Positions 32,214 to 41,761 of a stretch of DNA of 64,000 nt are shown in pieces. Origin of the DNA: Candidatus Latescibacterota bacterium. GTDB taxonomy: Bacteria; Latescibacterota; UBA2968; GCA-2709665. The DNA is taken from positions 4,512,001 through 4,576,000 of the forward strand of contig OZ241917.1 in NCBI GenBank assembly GCA_965203805.1. The letters are read 5' to 3'. The notes beneath the pieces were generated by a model. It saw nothing but the letters and a program-made list of their open reading frames with translations, searched no databases and was not told the DNA's origin. How positions within the stretch are numbered: position 1 is the first letter of the stretch; every line of letters begins with the position of its first letter. Position numbers and translations under genes: made by a program.

Positions 32214-32384
32214 ATGCAGAACGAATTGAGACAGCAAATGATACAGGAAGTTCTTGACGGGAAGGATGCCAAGGAGGTAGTTCGTGCATCGTTTACAGAA
32301 GACGAGCCAGAGACAGAACCAGAGGAAGACAACAGTTTGGAAAACAGAGCAAAGAGGTTCCTTGAAAAACAACTGTCAAGTTAA
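32214..32384 (+). CDS. 56-aa acidic hypothetical protein (below ORF-track cut-off)
   Basis: MQNELRQQMIQEVLDGKDAK...LEKQLSS*; GGAGG RBS. Confidence 0.5.
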   Translation: MQNELRQQMIQEVLDGKDAKEVVRASFTEDEPETEPEEDNSLENRAKRFLEKQLSS

Positions 32385-32405
32385 GGGGAAATAAAGGGAG
32401 ATTGT

Positions 32406-32624
32406 ATGGCTGCTAAGAGAGGAAGACCCAGAAAAAACACAGAGGTTGGCAGTAGTGGTTACCACCCTACAGAAGAAGAGTTGAATGAGGACGTCAGTAT
32501 CAATGCCTCTCCAGAGGAAGTTATACAGTCCCTGTTCCCCAAAAACCAACCAGTCGAGAAGTCCGGAAAAGGAGAACAGGTGAAAAAAGAATGGGACGAA
32601 TGGCTCAAGAGTTTAAGAGCCTGA
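32406..32624 (+). CDS. Small hypothetical protein at the IS1595 right end
   Basis: AGGGAG RBS; KRGRPRK AT-hook-like N-terminus. Confidence 0.6.
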   Translation: MAAKRGRPRKNTEVGSSGYHPTEEELNEDVSINASPEEVIQSLFPKNQPVEKSGKGEQVKKEWDEWLKSLRA

Positions 32625-32680
32625 CTACAGAAAAACCCCTTTTATTCTTAGATTTTGGCACTTTAAGTTATAATCCCCAA

Positions 32681-32709
32681 ATAATAACATCTTCCATGGA
32701 AATTGTCAA
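32681..32709 (-). promoter_or_regulatory. Near-consensus sigma70 promoter whose -10 box lies within the IS1595 target duplication
   Basis: Minus strand TTGACA (32709-32704), 17 nt, TATTAT (32686-32681). Confidence 0.65.
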
Positions 32710-32810
32710 TGGCAAAAAGTGCAGTCGAAAGAAAACATAAAACCACGTCGAACCGGGTTATTGTGTACGTAGACGGCTTCGTCCTGCGCCGACCGGTCAA
32801 GTGGAATTGA
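32709..32810 (+). pseudogene. Collapsed NYN-domain gene (N- and C-termini only)
   Basis: Reads MAK...NRVIVYVDGF-VLRRPVKWN*; RVIVYVDGF is a typical NYN first strand. Confidence 0.55.
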
Positions 32811-33010
32811 GACTGTAAGGAAACGTTGTCGTACAGCGAGAAACTGATTCAGATTGTCCGAGCGCGCGACGTTGCAAAGGTGGTGTCCGCCGGAGAAGAG
32901 CCGACCTGACGCGGCCGTTCAAATGTAACGCTGGTCTTGGAACCAGCGCGTCCGTAGAGCCGAAATGAGCTGAGAAACTGAAAGACATTTCCGCACCGGG
33001 GATAAGCGAA

Positions 33011-34543
33011 ATGGCCGACCCAACAGCACACGACTCGCTTGAACTCGAAGTGAACGATTTTGGACCGATAGTCAAGGCTAAAGTCGATTTACGTCCGCTG
33101 ACGGTATTCGTCGGCCCTAGCAATACTGGGAAATCGTATCTGGCGACATTAATCTATGCGCTGCATATGTATTTTACGGGTAGATCGATCACTTCTCGGT
33201 TCTTCTTGACCTATGAGAGGCTTCTTAATCTTGGTCCAACTTTTGTGGACAGGGAAACTCTCAACGCGCTTAACGAGTTTCTGATGGAAGTGACAAACTG
33301 GACGGGAGATATGTGGAGTAAAAAGGAAGTGGTTTTACCCATCCCAATTGTCAAGGCCATTTGTTCAATGTTTGAGTTACAGAACGATCAACTCCACAGT
33401 GAAATCGAGAGGTGCTTTGGCATCGACAGTGCCAGCGCACTCATCCGGAAAGGCAACAGGCGATGCGCGCGGATTGTATTGCGGAAATCTATTTCAGGGG
33501 AATCGGCATCGTTTGAACACGAACTGACACTGAAGTCGAACGCACCTGAATTCGTGACGGCGATGCGCAATGTGGAACAACTGAGGATTAAACTCGACGA
33601 CAGGAAAGAGTTCGTTGAGTACTACGACCGACTGAAGAGTACGTTTTTAATACCTGATAAAATGAGCCAGGATTCGTATCGACAAGCGCTGGGGCCAATC
33701 AACCATTTGCTTGGACTCGCGCTACCTTACCTATTGGGTTCGCTTTATCGCGCAGCATACTATCTCCCCGCCGATCGAACCGGCGTGATGAATAGCCATC
33801 AGGTCGTGGTGAGCGCGTTGATACAGAACGCTACAACTGCCGGGCTACGTCCCGATGAAGAAATTCCAATGCTGTCGGGTGTTTTGGGTGATTTTCTGCA
33901 AAACTTGCTCGTCTTGCCCAGCGCGGCAAATCGTCAACGCACGCCCAAGAAACATCTGGGTGCGCGAATTGAAGATCTGATTCTCGGCGGATCGATTCAA
34001 GTCGAGAGGTCGGAGTTGATCAGCTACCCGCACTTCACCTATACACCCGAGGGATGGAAACATCCGATGCCTTTGATGAATGCCTCTTCAATGGTATCGG
34101 AAATCGCGCCGGTCGTGATGTTTCTTCGCCATCTGGTTAACCCCGGCACTATGCTCGTAATCGAAGAACCCGAATCACACATGCATCCGGCGATGCAGGT
34201 GGAATTCACTCGTCAAATCGCCACGCTGGTTAGGGCGGGCGTCAGGGTAATCGTCACCACGCACAGCGAGTGGGTTCTGGAGGAACTCGCGAACATCGTG
34301 CGACGCTCCGAACTTCCCAAGTCTCGTCGAAAGGAGATGCGCCACGGCGAATTTGCCCTTCGTCCCGATCAGGTGGGGGCATGGCTGTTCAAGCCGAAGC
34401 GCCGACCAAAGGGATCGGTCGTCGAAGAAATTCGATTCGACCCCGATGCAGGTGGGCTTGAAAGCGATTTCAACGAAGTTGGCCGACAATTATACAATGA
34501 TTGGGCGACGATCGGTAACCGTATTGCAGGAAACACCGAATAA
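33011..34543 (+). CDS. ABC-type (AAA_15/21) ATPase
   Basis: FGPI, GPSNTGKS, PADR, IEEPESHMHP, TTHS. Confidence 0.88.
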   Translation: MADPTAHDSLELEVNDFGPIVKAKVDLRPLTVFVGPSNTGKSYLATLIYALHMYFTGRSITSRFFLTYERLLNLGPTFVDRETLNALNEFLMEVTNWTGDMWSKKEVVLPIPIVKAICSMFELQNDQLHSEIERCFGIDSASALIRKGNRRCARIVLRKSISGESASFEHELTLKSNAPEFVTAMRNVEQLRIKLDDRKEFVEYYDRLKSTFLIPDKMSQDSYRQALGPINHLLGLALPYLLGSLYRAAYYLPADRTGVMNSHQVVVSALIQNATTAGLRPDEEIPMLSGVLGDFLQNLLVLPSAANRQRTPKKHLGARIEDLILGGSIQVERSELISYPHFTYTPEGWKHPMPLMNASSMVSEIAPVVMFLRHLVNPGTMLVIEEPESHMHPAMQVEFTRQIATLVRAGVRVIVTTHSEWVLEELANIVRRSELPKSRRKEMRHGEFALRPDQVGAWLFKPKRRPKGSVVEEIRFDPDAGGLESDFNEVGRQLYNDWATIGNRIAGNTE

Positions 34544-35010
34544 TGTGTCGCGTGGTCGACCGGTTGAAAGACGGACTTCCTGAAGGGGCCATCGTTAAGA
34601 GATGCTCGGCCGAGGGGTGCGCTGTTCCGTTGAAAGATGCCCCTGCGCCGCATCTGATTATGGATCTGGATCACCCTTTTTTCCGGCTGAAGGACAAGAT
34701 CCATTGCGATTTTCTGTTTATCAGTTGTGACTGCAATGTTGGATACAACTGGGTTGTTCCTCTGGAACTGAAAGGTGGCAGTCCTGATGCAACAGAAATG
34801 GTATCGCAGCTAATGGCAGGGTCAAATTTCGCGCAAGCCTGGATACCGGAAGATCACAAGATCCAGTTCCGCCCCGTGGGCGTCTTTGGTGGCCGCTTGC
34901 ATAAATTCCAAAGAGACAAGCTTAGAAGGGCTCGCATTTTGTATCGAAGGAAACGGTACGAAGTCAAACTCATACGATGTGGGACGCCGTTAGTTGTTGC
35001 TCTTGCGTAA
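34543..35010 (+). CDS. Hypothetical partner protein, PD-(D/E)XK-like
   Basis: TAATG coupling to ATPase; CDFLF...ELK...QL pattern. Confidence 0.6.
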   Translation: MCRVVDRLKDGLPEGAIVKRCSAEGCAVPLKDAPAPHLIMDLDHPFFRLKDKIHCDFLFISCDCNVGYNWVVPLELKGGSPDATEMVSQLMAGSNFAQAWIPEDHKIQFRPVGVFGGRLHKFQRDKLRRARILYRRKRYEVKLIRCGTPLVVALA

Positions 35011-35021
35011 GAGAAAACCAT

Positions 35022-38000
35022 ATGACTGTTACTAGAAAGAAACTCATCGAAGTCGCCCTGCCGCTTGACGCGATCAACGCTGCGTCGGCTCGAGAAAAGT
35101 CGATCCGCCACGGCCACCCCAGCACCCTGCACCTCTGGTGGGCGCGACGGCCATTGGCGGCGGCGCGCGCTGTAATCTTCGCGCAGATAGTGGACGATCC
35201 GTCGGCCTGTCCGGAGGAGTTTCCAACTGAAGCGGACCAGGAAAAGGAGCGGCAGCGCCTGTTCCGGCTCATCGGGGAACTGGTAAAGTGGGAAAACACC
35301 ACCAACGAGGCCGTGTTGGAACGGGCACGTAAGGAAATCCGAAGGAGTTGGCGGAGGACGTGCGCAGACAATCGGGACCATCCACGCGCCGATGAGTTGT
35401 TCGACCCGGACAAGCTACCGGCCTTCCACGATCCTTTCGCCGGCGGCGGCGCGTTGCCGCTGGAAGCCCAGCGCCTTGGCCTGGAAGCCCACGCCAGCGA
35501 CCTCAATCCGGTGGCTGTGCTTATCAACAAAGCAATGATCGAAATTCCGCCGAAATTTGCGGGCAGACCGCCGGTCAACCCGGAGGCACGGGAGAAGTAT
35601 CTCGGCGCAGGGACATCCCATTCGACGAAACCCTTGCTGGGAGCGCGGGCGCCTGCCTGTGCGTTGCACGCAGACAGGTCCCGCCCGCATAGGGTCTGGC
35701 ACAGCCGCGGATATCTTCCTCATTTGGATCAATCCGAAATCATACAATGCATCACATTTCGCTTGGCGGATTCAATTCCAGCCAATGTTATTGCCGCCTG
35801 GAAGAGCGAATTGGCGCTTTCGGGTGAGGAACCAGCGAGCGATCCGCGTTGTGTGGAATTACGAAAAAAGATCGAACGATACGCCGGTCAGGGACACGGC
35901 GCTTGCTGGCTACAGGACGAGCGGATAGCAGATCAAGTCGAAAGGGCGCTATTGCACTTCGACGGCGTACGGTATCGCTTACTATCGTGGGCCATTATGC
36001 CCAATCACGTGCACGCATTGATCGAAACGACGGCCGGCTTTCCACTTGAAGGCGTCATTCATTCGTGGAAGTCTTACACAGCCAAGCAAATTAACAAGAT
36101 TCTCGGACGGCGCGGCCAGGTCTGGGAAGAGGATTACTTCGATCGTTATATCCGCGATCAGAAACATCTCGCTAACGAAATAGACTATATTGAGCAGAAC
36201 CCCGTGAAAGCCGGGCTTGTTGACAAGGCAACTGAATGGCCGTGGAGCAGTGCTGCAAGGAATGCGGAAGGAGCGAAATTTACGGGAGTTACAGAGGAAC
36301 ATGCGGACGGGACGGTGCTTGACGGAGTAAGAAAAAAGCATGCGGACGGGACGTCCGCGCTCCCAGGATTATGGACCGGTGCGAAGGGACTTGCGGAGGA
36401 CGTCCGTTACTACGGTCAGTGGATGCGCGACGAAGCCGAGAAACGTATAGGGCATCTTTATCCGAAGGTCGAAGTAACTCCTGAAATGGCGCAGGAACGT
36501 CCAGACCTTAAACAATACGAGGGCCGAAAGTTGACGGTGATTGCGTGGCTGTGGGCGCGTACGGTCAAGAGTCCGAATCCGGCATTTGCGGATGTCAATG
36601 TACCGCTCGTATCGACGTTCAGGCTATCGACAAAGAAAGGAAAAGAGGCATACGTCGAGCCGGAGATAGAGGGGCGCAGTTATCGGTTTGCGGTTCGGGT
36701 TGGGAGTCCAACGGACCCTGAGGCGGCCAAGCGGGGCACGACAGCGGGTAAACGTCAGGCATTTCGTTGCCTGATGTCTGGTGTGCCGGTACCGTACGAC
36801 CACGTTCGAAACGAGGGTAAGGCCGGACGAATGGACGCGCGATTGATGGCTGTTGTAGCCGAGGGTGATAGGGGAAGAGTATATCTGTCGCCGACAAGAG
36901 AACATGAATCAATCGCGAGAAAAGCAAACCCCGAATGGAAGCCTGAGTTGGCTCTTCCCAACAACCCGCGGGACTTCAAAACCCCGAATTACGGTCTTCC
37001 CACTTTCGCAGACCTATTCACCGACCGCCAACTCGTTGCGTTGATCACCTTTTCCGATCTCGTAGGGGAGGCATTGAAGCGAGTCAAGCGCGATTACCTT
37101 GCCGCGCGGGTCCCCGACAGACATCTGGTCGGGACACCAAAGTCACCGGATAATAACGCGCGCCTGCGTGAGGGAGGTAACGGCGCGTCAGCGTACGCGC
37201 AGGCAGTTGGTACGTATCTCAGTCTTGGGGTAAGCAAATTGTCCGACGCTCAATCATCGCTATGCCGATGGAAAGCCACAATGAATCAGTCGATTGCTAC
37301 GTTTGGACGACAGGCATTGCCCATGGTCTGGGACTACTCTGAGGCGAATGTGTTTGCTGGAATGGCCGGCGATCCTCTCGTGTCGATCAATAACATGATG
37401 CGCGTGGTTGACGAATTGCCGACTTCGATAGGTGGGCGGGCAAATCAGGGACCCGCACAATCTCTGGTACGTGATGATTCTCCCGTCGTCTCTACTGACC
37501 CCCCGTACTACGATAATGTCGGTTATGCCGATTTATCGGACTACTTTTACGTCTGGTTACGGCATTCGATTAGATCGAAATATCCAGAATTGTTCGCCAC
37601 ACTTGCGGTTCCTAAGACTGAAGAACTGGTCGCAACACCTTATCGTCACGGAAGCAAAGAAAAGGCGGAGACGTTTTTTCTGGACGGCATGGTTCAGGCT
37701 ATGAAATGCCTCGCTGAACAGTCGCATCCAGGCTTCCCGGTTTCGATTTACTACGCCTTCAAGCAGTCCGAAACAAAAGGTGAATTTGGTACATCCAGCA
37801 CCGGCTGGGAGACATTTTTGGATGCGGTAATCCGAGCCGGATTCACCGTCACAGGCACTTGGCCGATACGGACCGAGTTAAGCAATCGTATGATCGGATC
37901 AGGAAAAAACGCTCTCGCTTCCAGCATTGTCCTCGTCTGTCGCAAGCGTTTGGCTGGGGCTCCACTGGCAACCCGTCGAGAATTCGCAGCCGCATTGCGG

Positions 38001-38684
38001 GAAGAGCTTCCCGGTGCTATTGCGCAATTGCAAAGCGGTAACATTGCGCCAGTAGACCTTGCCCAGTCGGCAATTGGACCTGGGATGGCAGTGTATACTC
38101 GGTACTCCAAAGTGCTTGACGCGCAGGGCAACCGCGTATCGGTGGGCGATGCTCTTGCGCTGATCAATCAGACTCTGGACGAAGTACTCGCCGAACAGGA
38201 AGGAGAATTTGACTCTGACACCCGTTGGGCACTCGCCTGGTTCGAGCAGAACGGGTTCGATGAGGGGGAGTTTGGCGTGGCAGAGACCCTGTCCAAAGCA
38301 AAAAACACTAGCATCGACGGCATCGTTGAAGGAGGAATTCTCGCCTCACGCGCGGGCAGGGTTCGACTGTTGCGCCCAAACGAGTTGGCACGTGATTGGG
38401 AGCCAACCACGGACAAACGTCTCACTGTGTGGGAAGCAGTCCAATATCTGGTCCACGCCCTCGAATCCAGCGGCGAATTCGCCGCTGCTAAGCTGGTTCA
38501 TCAACTCGGCGGTCTCGCCGAAACCGCGCGCGAATTGGCTTATCGACTATATACGATATGTGAGCGCAAGAATCGCGCCGATGAAGCCCGATCCTACAAT
38601 GGCCTCGTGCAGAGTTGGCCGGAAATCGCTAGATTGGCGCGGGAACGGGCACCGGCGGAGCAAAGCGAGTTGTTTGGGGATTGA
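35022..38684 (+). CDS. DUF1156 adenine DNA methyltransferase carrying an in-frame RAYT insert
   Basis: KKLIEVALPL, LHLWWARRPL, DPFAGGG (motif I), TDPPYYDN (motif IV). Confidence 0.9.
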   Translation: MTVTRKKLIEVALPLDAINAASAREKSIRHGHPSTLHLWWARRPLAAARAVIFAQIVDDPSACPEEFPTEADQEKERQRLFRLIGELVKWENTTNEAVLERARKEIRRSWRRTCADNRDHPRADELFDPDKLPAFHDPFAGGGALPLEAQRLGLEAHASDLNPVAVLINKAMIEIPPKFAGRPPVNPEAREKYLGAGTSHSTKPLLGARAPACALHADRSRPHRVWHSRGYLPHLDQSEIIQCITFRLADSIPANVIAAWKSELALSGEEPASDPRCVELRKKIERYAGQGHGACWLQDERIADQVERALLHFDGVRYRLLSWAIMPNHVHALIETTAGFPLEGVIHSWKSYTAKQINKILGRRGQVWEEDYFDRYIRDQKHLANEIDYIEQNPVKAGLVDKATEWPWSSAARNAEGAKFTGVTEEHADGTVLDGVRKKHADGTSALPGLWTGAKGLAEDVRYYGQWMRDEAEKRIGHLYPKVEVTPEMAQERPDLKQYEGRKLTVIAWLWARTVKSPNPAFADVNVPLVSTFRLSTKKGKEAYVEPEIEGRSYRFAVRVGSPTDPEAAKRGTTAGKRQAFRCLMSGVPVPYDHVRNEGKAGRMDARLMAVVAEGDRGRVYLSPTREHESIARKANPEWKPELALPNNPRDFKTPNYGLPTFADLFTDRQLVALITFSDLVGEALKRVKRDYLAARVPDRHLVGTPKSPDNNARLREGGNGASAYAQAVGTYLSLGVSKLSDAQSSLCRWKATMNQSIATFGRQALPMVWDYSEANVFAGMAGDPLVSINNMMRVVDELPTSIGGRANQGPAQSLVRDDSPVVSTDPPYYDNVGYADLSDYFYVWLRHSIRSKYPELFATLAVPKTEELVATPYRHGSKEKAETFFLDGMVQAMKCLAEQSHPGFPVSIYYAFKQSETKGEFGTSSTGWETFLDAVIRAGFTVTGTWPIRTELSNRMIGSGKNALASSIVLVCRKRLAGAPLATRREFAAALREELPGAIAQLQSGNIAPVDLAQSAIGPGMAVYTRYSKVLDAQGNRVSVGDALALINQTLDEVLAEQEGEFDSDTRWALAWFEQNGFDEGEFGVAETLSKAKNTSIDGIVEGGILASRAGRVRLLRPNELARDWEPTTDKRLTVWEAVQYLVHALESSGEFAAAKLVHQLGGLAETARELAYRLYTICERKNRADEARSYNGLVQSWPEIARLARERAPAEQSELFGD
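35637..36366 (+). mobile_element. REP-flanked RAYT module embedded in frame in the methylase
   Basis: Inverted ends CTGGGAGCGCGG / CCGCGCTCCCAG; RGYLPH, TFRLADS, MPNHVH, SWKSYT, YFDRYIR, YI..NPVKAGL. Confidence 0.88.
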
Positions 38685-38838
38685 GGCTGGAAACGCTTCG
38701 CGAAGAGTCGGACACCTGGAAGCGTAAACGCCATTCGTACAAGTGTAAGAGAAGCATGCCCACAATCTTAGCCCTCTAGCGTTTCCATTCGACCTGCGGT
38801 CTGAATGCAATGCAGAGTTTACGTATCGGGTCTGCAGC

Positions 38839-41485
38839 ATGAGCATTTTGCAAAGTCTACGCCGGATTCGTCGGACCGGCCAGCGTGTGAGGAGAGAGGC
38901 TCGAAATTGGGGCCGTGAGTCCATAGGGTTCATCAATCTCAATTGGCGCCATCTTGTGATTTCTGTCACGTTGATGGCTATTTTGTGGATCGGCACCTCG
39001 AGGCTTATAGATATCTGGAACTGGCTAGCCACCGACTTCTGGACTTGGCTGCGAATGGGCTCGAATGGGACCGAAACCCACAGCACGACCCTTCGCAATG
39101 TCGGTTTGCTCTTTGGCGGGGTATTGGCCTTACTGGTTGCGTTGTGGCGCAGTTGGGTAGCAGAGCGGCAAGCCAGAATTGCACAGCGAAATCTATTGAA
39201 CGAACGCTATCGACAAGGTGCCGAAATGCTTGACAGCAAAGTCTTGGCAGTTCGCTTGGGTGGGATCTACGCACTACAGCGTCTCGCAGCGGACAATCCG
39301 AAGAAATATCACATACAAATCATGCAGCTATTGTGTGCATTTGTACGTCATCCACCTGCCGTCGACGGCGAGAAGAATGAACCGTTTGCAGGCAACCAAA
39401 CCGATCTCGAATTGCGCAATGACGTGCAAGATGCCATAAACTCAATCAGCACATGCCATGCGCGACAGACCAAACTGGAGGTTGCAGCGGGCTTTCGACT
39501 AGTGGTCCATTTCGGAAGTATGTATCAGGTTAGGCAGCGATCTTGAGTTCGCGGAGCCTTTCTTCAAGGTCGCATTTGGTGAATCGCCATTTGAAGGGTC
39601 TCGAAGTTTGGTTATAGCGACGCTGAAATCCGAGGATGCGGTCTTCCATTTGCTTTCTGGTTGCGAGGTCGTTGGGCGTGAGCGCCTTTCTTTGAAGGAT
39701 GGAGAAGTAGATCTCGATCTGGTTGAGCCCTGCCTGCGGCAGGCAGGCAGCTTGCGTGGACGGGAAGATGGATGGCGATCAGGTTCGGGTAGGCGTTTTT
39801 GAGTCGTGCAGGGGAGGTCGACGGGTGATGGGAAGGCCCATTGTCGAGGATCCAGAACACGCGTTGTGCCGAAGCATAGGGTTCCTGCTTCATCACGAGG
39901 TCGACCAGCCTCTGAAAGGGTTCGATACCCGTGGTTTGATCCACACGACCAAAGACCCTTCCGCTCCTGATATCGAGTGCGGCCAGGTAGGCCACGGTCC
40001 CGTGGCGCTTGTAGTCGGACTCACAGTGAATCGGTTTTCCCGGTCCCGGAGGTGAAGAAGGGAACTCCCGCTCCAGGATCTGGAGCTGCGATTTCTCGTC
40101 CGCACTGAGAACGTAGTCTTTGGGCCCCAGGGGCGCGCCCTCATAATCCCCTTGATACAGATCCAAAACAGGGCCCGCTTTTTCCAGAAAGCGTGGATCT
40201 TTGATCGAGATCCACGATCGGTGAAACCAGGGACGAATGGCGTCCCGTTTGAGGAGACGCCACAGCGTGCTTTTAGAGATCGACAGGCTTGTCTCGGAAC
40301 GGATTTCCTGAAGCAGTTCCGCGAGGCTGAAGCGGGATAGCGGGATCTCCCGCACGGCTGGCAATTGGCAGGCGATGGCCTTAATTTCAGCGACGCGTTC
40401 GGGGGGGAAAAACCGGAGGCCTTCCACTACGAGGCCGATCCAGCAGTGAAAAACCCTCTGTAGCCCAGCGCTTTCGCCATTTCATCACCGTTCTGGGGTG
40501 CACGCCAACTGCTTGCGCAAGACGCTCGTGCGAGATATCCGGATGCTCCCACAAAACCAAGACCATCTTGGCCCTGTAAACAAGGGCGCTGGGGGCCGTT
40601 CGTTGTCGGGCTATCCTACCCGCTTCCGCGATATCCTGTGTCTCAAACTGCGGTTGATACTTCGGCTTCGGTCCAGGCATCGGTTACCTCCCAACACGGG
40701 CGGGGAGACAACCCTATTATAAGAACGCTACCGGCTACAGACAACATTATACCAATTTCTGAAATCGACCACTAGATCTGCGTGGCGTGAATCTGCGCGG
40801 TGCGGTTTTGCTCAAAGCACGGCTCAGCAAAGCGAATCTATCCAAAGCTGACCTAACCGGGGCGGCGCTAAGCGATGCCGATTTGGCTGGTGCAATCTTT
40901 GGCCACGCGATTTTAAACGATGCACGGCTTAACGGTGCAGACTTAAGCGGTAGCAAATTCAACAATGCACAAATGTGCAGAACCCAACTCCCCGGTGCGA
41001 ACCTGGCTAAATCGGACCTCTCGAACGCAGAACTCGAAGGTGCCCGAGTGTCCGAAGCGAAATTGTCAAAGGCAAACCTCTACAGAGCGAACCTAACCGG
41101 TGCATTCCTCCAGAACTCCGATTTGTCGGAGGCAAGGCTTCAATGCGCGAATTTGACCGCCGCATGGCTATATAATGCTAAGTTGGCAGGGGTGAATCTT
41201 TCAAACGCAATATTAAGCGAAGCGGACTTTAGTGGGTCAGATCTTTTGAATGCGAACCTCTCCAATGCCAATGTGTCCAACACACGGCTTTTCCCATTGC
41301 GACCTACATCGCCCCGAGTAGGCGAGAGACCGATTCGACGAGAGATCCCGACGAAACTCACTCAGGCTCAGCTTGATGTCGCCTGCGCAGAACCTGAGAA
41401 ACCACCAAAGCTGGGTGATGCCGTGGATGCGGAAACTGGCAATCCACTGGTCTGGCGTGGCAAGTCTCTGAACAGGCAAAGGTAG
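38839..41485 (+). pseudogene. Membrane-anchored pentapeptide-repeat protein split by IS630
   Basis: N-part RY..G.EML...VRLGGIYAL.RLA; C-part A(D/N)Lxx repeats; removing the IS restores GFRLDLRGVNL. Confidence 0.88.
39502..40772 (-). mobile_element. IS630-family element (orfA 40387-40680, orfB ending at 39530); transposase disrupted by 19-bp palindrome
   Basis: Imperfect TIRs GTGGTC.ATTTC.GAA; TA (CTAG) at both ends; HTH orfA; DEK, DNG, (W)LNQIE DDE motifs; TTTTTCCCCCCC slippery junction. Confidence 0.9.
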
Positions 41486-41761
41486 ACGTATGAAAGTGCG
41501 CGATCTTTATTGTAGCCTGCGTCTGAGCTTGCAGTGACCCATAATTAAAATAAGTATCTCGTATCAAATGAATGTTTGGATGTCTGGGGATGGCGCGTCT
41601 GGCGACGTTCTCTACATTCTGCACCGAGCCGGTCGCCGCAACGTGTGCTGCACGAACAGTTCGGGTTGTTCGGTGAAGGAACCGACAAGCAATTGAGAAA
41701 AAGACGTAGTCGCTATCGAATTTCGTGCGGCAAATCTACGGGTGAGAAGGGAGAAAAAATC

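Larger units (their letters stand above)
29812..32678 (+). mobile_element. IS1595-family element with passenger genes
   Basis: Perfect 26-bp TIRs GGGGATTATAACTTAAAGTGCCAAAA (29812-29837, 32653-32678); 8-bp TSD AAATAATA; lower GC than flanks. Confidence 0.95.

Noticed and set aside
35599-36368. Intein in the methylase
   Set aside because: No Cys/Ser start or His-Asn end splice motifs; the insert is a REP-bounded HUH domain
40787-41290. 15-bp periodicity
   Set aside because: Explained by pentapeptide-repeat coding
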